This document shows, piece by piece, positions 54,852-64,000 of a stretch of DNA of 64,000 bases. The stretch lies in the NCBI RefSeq assembly GCF_000150275.1, contig NW_002060951.1:1374297-1438296 (forward strand), written 5' to 3'. Position 1 is the first letter of the stretch, and every line of letters starts with the position of its first letter. The notes beneath the pieces are model-generated. The model worked only from the letters and a program-made list of their open reading frames with translations. It was not told where the DNA came from and ran no database searches. The translations under genes were made by a program, and so were the position numbers. Origin of the DNA: Trichoplax adhaerens. Lineage: Eukaryota; Animalia; Placozoa.

Positions 54852-55160
54852 ATGAACAACGATAAAGTCGCCACTTGCAATGACAGCCACATTTCTCTCC
54901 AGGATGATCCTGATCCACAGTTATTAGGGATGCTTAGGAAACGTTTTTTACAAGGTCTAATGGCTTGGAGTGGCCATGAAACTGCCTTTCATTTGTATGA
55001 AGGCAAAACAACAACCTCCATTTACCAAGGGTGCAATAAAAACTTGTCTTTTTTGCAAGTCGCCACTTTGCATACACCGATAGGAATAATTGATCAAGGT
55101 CTTTTAAGAAGTACGGACGTTTTATCCATGTCTATGTACATCTCTACGACTCAAGAATAA
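54852..55160 (+). CDS. GEMIN7: Gem-associated protein 7 (SMN complex, Sm-fold), intronless CDS
   Basis: LRKRFLQGLMAWSGHETAFHLYEG...FLQVATLHTPIGIIDQGLLRSTDVLS matches the Gemin7 pattern LR.R.L..L....G....F.L.E....F.V..L.TP.G....ALLR..D. First ATG is at 54852. Confidence 0.85.
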   Translation: MNNDKVATCNDSHISLQDDPDPQLLGMLRKRFLQGLMAWSGHETAFHLYEGKTTTSIYQGCNKNLSFLQVATLHTPIGIIDQGLLRSTDVLSMSMYISTTQE

Positions 55161-55487
55161 ACCCAACATGGGTAATTAGATATACAGTGCACACGTTTTG
55201 TAAATGCCTATGCATATCCATCACGACTCAAGAAGAATAACTAAATCTACCATCATCTTCCTTGCCCTCCTACATTCATTTCCCCTCTGGTACTTACTCG
55301 TGCTATGTATGATACTATACGTGCACGTATAAAAGCTAATTGTAATGGATGTCACAAAAGCTGATAGAAATCCGTGCGTCCTATTAAATACAACCACAAT
55401 CCAAAGTCATACTGTATATTACAATTCGATCGTTTTATTAATTGATTTGGGCTACAAAGCAATAAAATCATAATTTCATTTTATATT

Positions 55488-58400
55488 TCAGCGCCTGACT
55501 TCAAAACAATATATACTTGTACATTTAGCCATAGCTAGGTCGATTTCATAACTCGGCTTTTTCGGTATTGTTTAATCGCTTGTATTATGACTTTGGAAAT
55601 TGTTGGAGCTCCCTTGTAATATATATCTTTTCGATCTCCATCTGCTATTTTGACTCTTCGACTCTGTGGATGTATCTTATCTGTCAATTCAGTAATAAGG
55701 TTTTGCCATACCTTGATATTAAAAATAGGAAGTAGTAAATCATCTAATACATTACATCCAATATCGATTCTAATCTAAAACTGATCTTAACTCATTCTAC
55801 CAGTTGGATTTGTAAATAAGAACCTGATTTAATTCTGAAGAGATATTTCTATCAAATTGATCCGAAGCTATAACTGTGACCGGCATAGTATCAGGAATAG
55901 GCTCGTGTAGTAGGAAATTTCTATGATAAACAGCGATCAATCAATTACAAAAGATTATAAGAAACTGCTACTTGGAGTAAGATTAAATAAATTTTCTAAC
56001 TTTAATCGAATAAGACTGGCATTTAAAAGGAGATATTCTTCTAATTTAGTTGACTGATGACCAGGAGAACACGAAAGATACTTCTGTAAAAGTAATGATA
56101 GTTTCCTAGTGAGAATTAGCTTTCAAATAATTTTATCAGAACGAGGTATTCAAGTACGTGCGAAGGCTGGATGCAATCACTCTCCTTAGCACTCGTTAAT
56201 ATCATTTTATCTGTATTGATACATCTTGATCTTGATTAAAACAAGGTCATAGCACAACTTACATGCCTAAGTTTTACCATTTCATCTACATTTTCATCTT
56301 CAAGTGCATCTTTTTTTAAATACAGCTTATAACCTACTCTAGTAAAGCCAATAGCCGATAATAATTGAGCCTTTTGTATTGAGGGAACTAAGTGGCTGTA
56401 CCTTTGATAGATATACGAAAGTGAAAACTTTACTTGTTGAAACTACAATCGAGAAAATTACTGCTAATGCTAATTATAATCATGTTAAGGTAGAAAATTA
56501 CCAGAACAATTCCCAAACGCGCTCATTAATGGAAAGAAAATTTTCAGTCAAAGGGTTAACAAGGACTAAATGGGCTACTTCCCTAAAAATGGAATAGGTA
56601 TTTTTATAATTATGATTGAGGCACTAGTATTTACGCTTATGCAGTACATTTTGAATCCGAAAGCACCATAATATTAAATTTTATTTATGCAAATTTAGTA
56701 ATAAAGAACTTACGGAAAGTTGAGCGACGAATAATAGCGGCCGTTGATAGCTCCCATTTCAGCTCCAACGTAGATAAGGGGTTTTAGTGAAACCTTTGCG
56801 GTGCTCAATAAGCGCCTTAAGTCATCAACCATCCTACGTTTACAATATCAATATCACTTTACTATACTATTTTATTTCTTGTCATAATTAATAGGTGATG
56901 TAGACAGGATAATATAACCTACTTTTCAGTACCATGTACTACGCTTGAATTAGCTTGATTTAATGCAGATGCGTTCTATGTAGCGTAATAATATATTAAT
57001 AGTGTACTAATTATAATATCGATTACAATCGAAATATAAAATTCGTAAGAAATACTGCAGTGAATTACACGATAGCTTCTGTCGCTGAATCCTAGGCCCG
57101 ATCTATCGTACGAGCAAACCTAAAAATTTCATATGAGAGTCGTCAAGTTTATGACAACGATCGCTTGGCCAAATTTATACAAATAAGAAATCGTCGTAGG
57201 TGTTGTAACTGTACAGTAAATGACATTAAATTACTGACCAGTGCCTTAGAAATTTACAATATGAGAATACATCAATTGTAGACAAGCAAAATTTTGCTTC
57301 TTTAGGTGAAAATTAGCATGAATATTCTTATCTACGAACTTTGGTGTGCTTGGCAACCTCTCGCTGTATTAAAGTCCAAGTGTCAAATGTTTCGCCCGCA
57401 GGAGCATCGAGGACAACTGGAATAAACAATTCAGTAGAAAAACGGTTAACAGTAATTGTGACATCACACAATCAGGCTGGCTTTTTCACATTTATTAACC
57501 AAGAATTAGTAATGATTGAAAAATGATTAAGGTAGAATAAAACATGTACAGAATATATACTGTAGATTATAGTCTAACCAACAGGCTTGCCATGACCTTG
57601 GCAATAAATAAAGAGATTGTGTCCAAAACCGATATCATGTAATTTGCCATCTTCAGGTCTTAGCTTAGCATACTCCTGCTTCAAAGAGCTGTAATTCAAT
57701 ATTGTGAGTACTAATATTGAAATAACCAGAAATTTAAATATAGTCCATGTCCAGGAGTTACTCTTTCCGACTTTTTCTTGTTCCTGCAAAAAGATCAATA
57801 CTTGGGTAAGATCCATTTAAAGCTTAAGTAGTAGGTATCTTAAATGGCCGTAAATAATAATATAATTACAGAATAACAGCTAATACTTCATTGATCTTGA
57901 ATATGAAAAATAGCAATTCGTTATTGCATACAATACAATACAGCTTGCAAGATAGTATGAAACCGTGATTGCAGTATACTATCCATCATGTACTGTCAAT
58001 GATTACATATACTCCCAATGCTTTCTTCAAGTCTAGACGGGAGATTGTTGAATATTTTTATTTAAATTAGTCTTATTTTCTTGGCCGGACAACAGTCTGT
58101 AAAGATGCAAGCAGTAATAATTCTGTTTTACTTCATCATCAGCATGCATCGATTGGAGTACAATCAGTACATAGTACCTCCACAAGTTACTGTAGAATTA
58201 GGGTACAGTTGCAGTTGAAATGCTGACTACAGAAACTTTGCATTCTAGAATTTAAGATACTTTAGTGAATGCAGTGATACAGTACTTATTCAATATTCTC
58301 TACATCGACTGAGTGCAGACTATTAGCACTATACTGTACATCAAGATAGTTAATTCAAAGTTCTTCAATGACTACATTGCATAATTGATGCTGATCCATG

Positions 58401-58810
58401 CATGTTGAACATTTTACACTACACATTCTACTTGCATCACCTATAGTGCGGATGATTTCCTTGCACACTCGATTTTTAGTATTTGGTAGTCTGTTACTAA
58501 TCCATATCACTGAAATTGTAGAATATAGGTTCTACAATCCTTACTGAATAACTTAATCATTTGAACAAGTGAGCAGGCAACAGCGAATGCACCGTTTTTA
58601 GACAGCAGTAAAGGTATGCTCGTGCATTAGCACTATATTATTGCTAGCTTCTGCAATGGATTCGATACGTATTGTAATATACAATAATTGCAGCAACTCG
58701 ATAAGCATATTAGGGCATTCTACAATACATCTACTTACTGACAATGCTTTCTTTACTTCCTTGCGATGTTCATCAAGTGCTTTCCTTTTTCGTTCCAGTT
58801 TTCTTTCCAT
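55488..58810 (-). CDS. Single-pass membrane alpha/beta-hydrolase-fold protein (uncharacterised; atypical nucleophile elbow)
   Basis: Exons read a basic N-terminus, TM (WTIFKFLVISILVLTIL), HNLFIYCQGHGKPVVVLDAPAG..W..IQREVAKHTKVCSYDRSGLGFSD, MVDDLRRLL..PLIYVGAEMGAINGRYY, LVLVNPL, and a last exon VWQNLITEL...CFEVRR*. Confidence 0.8.
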
Positions 58811-59049
58811 GATCTTGTGGCTGCTACTTCGTTACAACATCGAGCATTCGAGCTGCTCTACCTACGTTTTGGCTGTGATGGCAAAGATTCGATCGCTTTG
58901 TGATACGGTACGTTACGACAGTGTGCAAAGTTAGCTGTCACCCCCTCCAAGCTCCTTACTTAGTGAATAGATGGAAAAACATGGTAAACCGAAACAGAAA
59001 GGATGACAGCCTGTTTTGCACACTGCAATGATATGAGAGGGGCAACAGC

Positions 59050-59390
59050 TCCAGTACTGTACGGCCCGCAGAAACTTCTACAAGCCTGGATACTGAGTTT
59101 ACAATGCCAGTACTGGACGGGTAAAATACTGTACACTGTAGATCTGTACAGTACTGTACGGTACTGTACTTGTAGTGCGTACTGTACTGTACAGGGTATA
59201 GACTGATATAAAATTTGTCCAAAAAAAAAAAAAAATTTAATCTATCTGTTTGCACCAAAATCATAGAAATTAGCCCGTCCACATTGTACTGTACACTGTA
59301 CTGTACTGTACCCTACAGTGTACAGTACAACCAAATGTCTACTGCAACTCTACGTGAGCGCATGTGCTAATTCATCAACCTCTTCCAAAA
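59050..59390. promoter_or_regulatory. Divergent hydrolase/CHRAC1 promoter with TACTGTAC arrays and a perfect 17-bp inverted repeat
   Basis: Arrays at 59053-59062, 59125-59195 and 59284-59330. NRF1-like GCGCATGTGC at 59358-59367. Confidence 0.6.
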
Positions 59391-61337
59391 ATGGCGGATA
59401 ATACAAATTGTGATGAAGATAGTACCACAACCAAGCTCAAATTACCTATATCACGCATACGATCGATCATGAAATGTGCTCCAGAAATATCCAACTTAAG
59501 TCAAGAATCAGTTTATGTCATTACTAAAGCAGCTGTAAGTAGGCTGTATCCATAAATCGATGATATTGTATTGCAAACTTTCAATGTATTGTCCATTATA
59601 GTGAACAACCAGCTTTTCCTAGACTTATACCCGCCATATCCTTCATTTTTGTAGTCATGTGAGAATATTCAGAGTGTTAAAACAGTAAAACAGTATGGTA
59701 TGGGAGAGCATTGGATCGATGCTTGGTTGATGATGCTATAGAATAAGCCAGATAAGCTAACATCAGCTTGCCCATATCACGATTGTTTATCTTTACCGTT
59801 GTAATCATACAGTATAGTCAGATTATGATACCGCTGTAGTAGTGGGACCTTTTTTCCAGTACCCTTGTGATATAAGATGGCCTGAACTGAACATGTCGTA
59901 CAAATTAATACAAAGGATTGTACCTTAAAGACAATCTATTCCTTTGTGGTTGATTGTATATAAGATAGATAGACTAAAGGAAAACAGTTAGAAAAGAAGG
60001 CAAAATAAGCTGGAAGCCAGTCGCTAATTCATAATAGCGATAGGACATGACAGTCTACATGTTTGACATCGTCAGTTTGTTGCCAATGATTACTTGAAGT
60101 ACTATTCAATGCTTTATTCTATAATACACGCTACTCTAAAGGAGTTTGTAACGATAGCTTTAGACTTGATTTATATTTTACTATTTACAGACATAAATAC
60201 TGCATTTCATCAGGCTGATTCACGATAGATCTTGAATAGGAATACTCGCATATGTCTACAGTATTTATCGCACATGCATATGTGCGACTTCGTACTTCAG
60301 TCTTTACATTCTATTAATTATCATTAACTTAACTATTCGTATATAAACATACCCTTGACATTGTAAGACAAAAGTTTACGGAAGCTGATATACTATTATT
60401 TAGTATACGCGATGTTTACCGTTAATATTGACGATCAATTTACTTTATTCTCAATACAAGGTGTCAAATGATGATTTATGCCACTTGATTAAACTTCAAT
60501 TTTGACCATTCTGCTGTAGTGTTAGCATAGATTGTAACGGACAGCTTAAATTCTTCTCTTTTAGGAAATGTTCGTTGAATATTTCACCCGTGAAGCTTAC
60601 GATAGATTGCCTGAAGGGAGAGGTAGCATCATCTATAAAGAATTATGTAAGTCGAATTTCATACAGATTTTACAAGCCTGTTGGTAGTGTTGTTGCTAAT
60701 AGTTTATACTGTATACTGTTGTACAGTCATGGGCTACTACAAGTAAACCTGGATCGTGATATACATTATATGCTGTTTATTGTATGCATATCATATGCTT
60801 CGACATACGACCAGGAATGATGCTACATAAGTATTGCGATAATTTACTTAGGTCCTATTGTAATCATCTATGCGTCTACATAGATTATATGCAGTAATTT
60901 TCGACAGTCGACACTGGCATGTTATTATACATGTAATTAAGCGCGTAGTGTAGATTGTTCAGTTATAAATTATGATAGTTGGATGCAAAACCTTAACCAA
61001 TAATTATTGGTTATGGTTTTGCAATAAATAGAATCAGCCTGGCTGATCTATTCATTGTATTTTAATAATTTATCATTCTTTTTACAGCCAATGCAGTTGA
61101 AAAAGATCCTGCCTTACGATTTCTTTCTGGTAAGGAATAAAATAATTTTTACTTATAGCTGACTATTCTGATATATTGTTTATCTGATGTAAAAGTTTCT
61201 ATCGTGTAACCCAAACGAGAGATGAAATATTTTTCCTACTGTCTTAGAAACGAATATTTTAAGATATTTTTCTTTATGTAGACATCGTTCCCATGAAAGT
61301 TTTTGCTGGCGATTATATCGACACCAATCAAAAATAA
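59391..61337 (+). CDS. CHRAC1: Histone-fold protein CHRAC1 (CHRAC15)
   Basis: Four exons (59391-59534, 60565-60646, 61089-61130, 61282-61337) give LKLPISRIRSIMKCAPEISNLSQESVYVITKAAEMFVEYFTREAY..IIYKELSNAVEKDPALRFLSDIVPMKVFAGDY. The FL.DI.P.K..A..Y tail favours CHRAC1 over POLE4. Confidence 0.82.
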
Positions 61338-63705
61338 AAAGGAGCGCTTAGATGGACTTGGTAGGTCCTTGGTGGCAGTATCAAACTATTGGAATAACAG
61401 TAACCCACTGATGTCGAATCTTTTCATATATTGCATATATTAACCAATATATTGACGAATGTATTTAACTAAGCTGTAGCCATTCTATATCTGAAAATTT
61501 TTAACTATGACCTATAAATGCATGATGTTGACGTCAACCATTGTGCAGTCATACAGTGTTATTTTTTATATAGTCTTGTCACCTCTAACTTGTAATATAG
61601 CTACAAGAAATGTATTTACTACTAGAATAAAACGATGATAAGATTGCTTTTTTATGACATGCCGTATGATATACCCTGCTATATTCTGTTAATACGACCG
61701 TATCAATAATACCATGTCTCTTTATAATTAATTGTCAAGAATTAGTATAATAAAAGATCAAACCATTTCTGAATTGTATTACAATACGAAAAACCTGTAT
61801 CAATTTATTTTTAGTTTAGCAATTTTTTGACATGGCTGCTAGGTTACTCATCATTTTTAATAACTTAAGTTCACTTCTATTCCCAAATAATTTTTATAAT
61901 AAATTTTTTAACGGATTTCTTTTATCTTTTAAATCCACTTTCAAACGGCATGATTGGTAGGGTAAATTTATGCAATTTTATTCACAGCTGTATTGACAAA
62001 GCTATATGACTTTGAGTTATGAAATGATGTAGGAATTGAAAGATCAGAACGTTACTAACAATATTGGTTGTCATATTGATACTGTACAATCAGGACAAAT
62101 AAAACTCTTTAAGGTTCATGTTGCAATTTGTAATTTTGACAATATAATAGATCACCAGTTTATGTCATGGCAGCATATTATGCAAATACAGGCTAATTAA
62201 TGCTACATCAGACTACGCTTACCAAATCAAATAAACATTTATCGTTATACGTATAGATTGGGTATGATAGACTCTACTGTTGCTTATAGCAATATAAGCT
62301 ACGCATACACGGATGTGTTAAAGATGACTGACGTCAAGATATACATGTATAGAATATGAACATGATCGATTTTATTTAGCGACTAATTTAATGGATCAGT
62401 TAATTAATTGAAAATATTCACATGACTAATAGGACCGCTCACCAGCTTATTATTTGAATTAGAATCTATCCATAGCGCCCTGAATTCTAGCTTTAAAGTA
62501 GTTTAAGTGTTAGCCATTTGCAACTAATTAAAAAAAATTCTGGATTCAATGTAATATACTCATAATTTAAGGTATTTTTCTACATTTTCCTAGCGTAGGC
62601 GAGCATACTTATTAATATATAGTTTAAATTCTAAGATCAACTAACAATCTCATGCCATTGTACAAGAAAAACGCAAAAATGCGATTTATTATGATCTATT
62701 ACCTAATCTGTACACGTTGGTTGTAGATATTCTAAATAAGAACTGCCGGTAATATATAGTAAAATCAGTCCAGATGACATGCTACTCAGATTAATAAGAG
62801 ATATAAAGTAAAGTAACATAATTATATTCATTAATAATGATAAATAACGAATTAGACAGCTACTGTTTTTAACTTGTCGATTATACATGCTTATAGGACG
62901 TAAAAGCGCATTTTTATCATTAAATATTCGAAATGTATAGTTTTCTGTGAAGTTCTACTACATCATGAGAAGAACAATTTAAACAGCTATCTATAATTTA
63001 TAATTTAAATTCAGAAATATCACAATATACAGTAACGGAAACAACTCTTAAACTACTTTTGTGAATATTTATGTATTAATTAGATCTAAAATATTTCTTC
63101 TAAATTATACTGTATAAGAATACCTTCAAAAATTATCGAGATTGAAATGCATGTAGATATATACAATGCTTATAATAAAGAATAAAAGGATTCTTCAAAT
63201 TTTACAAATACGCTACCAATGCTTCTTCTCATATTTTAGAAGCAAGACATGGTGTCGTTTAAAAATATTGACACTGTAAGCAAGCTCTGGCTATGGCCTA
63301 ACTTTTAAAAAATACTCAACATGTCTAACAAGCAGATTTAGCTAAGTTAAGTCCACGCCGAATACTAGATTATATCACAGGAATATAATGGTGCTCTTTA
63401 CACGCAAAATGAGGTGCAGTTGTATTTGACAGCATTGATCAATATACAACAGCTATCCAACTGGTAAATAAGTTACATCGTCTTCCCGAGGTATCAGATA
63501 CAAGGCTTTATTGCTAGTTAGATTGATAATATCAGCAATTGCTTATATACTTATACGTGTAAATATCTTTTCAATCAATGAAAATCCTGTCTTTACATAA
63601 TACCTGCGGCGCATTATTAATTCTAATTACGTGAAAGATATACTAGATTTTAAATCTGTGATCTTTCAAATAATGATTAATCCTTATTTTATAAACATTC
63701 GTTCT

Positions 63706-63828
63706 TTAAACCTCGGTTGTGACACTTTCTTCAACTAATATGCTATCTTCTCTTGGTACGAACCTTGTGCGAACTTTACATTTATGTGAATTAGAAGTCA
63801 ACCAATAAGTCCTTAGCTTACCTTTACC
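63706..63828 (-). CDS. Terminal exon of a class III nucleotidyl (probably guanylyl) cyclase; rest of gene beyond window
   Basis: tttag|GKGKLRTYWLTSNSHKCKVRTRFVPREDSILVEESVTTEV*. K|GKG...TYWL is the conserved end of the guanylyl cyclase catalytic domain, with a phase-0 intron at the usual place. Confidence 0.75.
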   Translation of the reverse strand, partial: GKGKLRTYWLTSNSHKCKVRTRFVPREDSILVEESVTTEV

Positions 63829-64000
63829 CTAAATTGAGTTTTAAGGAGAAATAAATTAATAAGCCCATAATTAGTCAGAATCTCACCTACTTGAAATCAT
63901 TCACGTACCAAATATGGTATTATTTCACTGGTACAATTGATTACCTTAACCTTCATTTATCACCAATGATCAAAAATTATAATCATTATATTATCTTAAA

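Noticed and set aside
61340-63700. Scattered exon-like segments between CHRAC1 and the cyclase; weak echo of the CHRAC1 CDS end at ~61360-61397
   Set aside because: No consistent spliced frame or recognisable domain, and the similarity is too weak to separate from chance.

Overview
Strongly AT-rich, gene-dense animal genomic DNA with many short GT-AG introns. The style suggests a placozoan (Trichoplax-like) genome; this is an inference. Twelve protein-coding genes could be assembled by eye: 5'-truncated GANP/MCM3AP (+), a PXA-PX sorting nexin of SNX19 type (+), ANKRD46 (-), kinesin-7 CENP-E (+), the meiotic DSB factor REC114 (+), FBXO9 (-), KIAA0319/AAVR-like (+), peflin PEF1 (-, with an apparent frameshift), GEMIN7 (+), a membrane-anchored alpha/beta-hydrolase-fold protein lacking the usual catalytic residues (-), CHRAC1 (+), and the last exon of a guanylyl cyclase (-). 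Two non-coding patterns stand out. (1) All four head-to-head promoters carry dense palindromic TACTGTAC/GTACAGTA arrays. (2) The stop-codon-containing end of several CDSs (ANKRD46, CENP-E, GEMIN7, possibly a small ORF near REC114) is tandemly re-copied into the 3' flank; in ANKRD46 two copies are still in one open frame. No rRNA, tRNA, CRISPR or intact mobile element was recognised. Exon boundaries were read manually and are approximate where stated.
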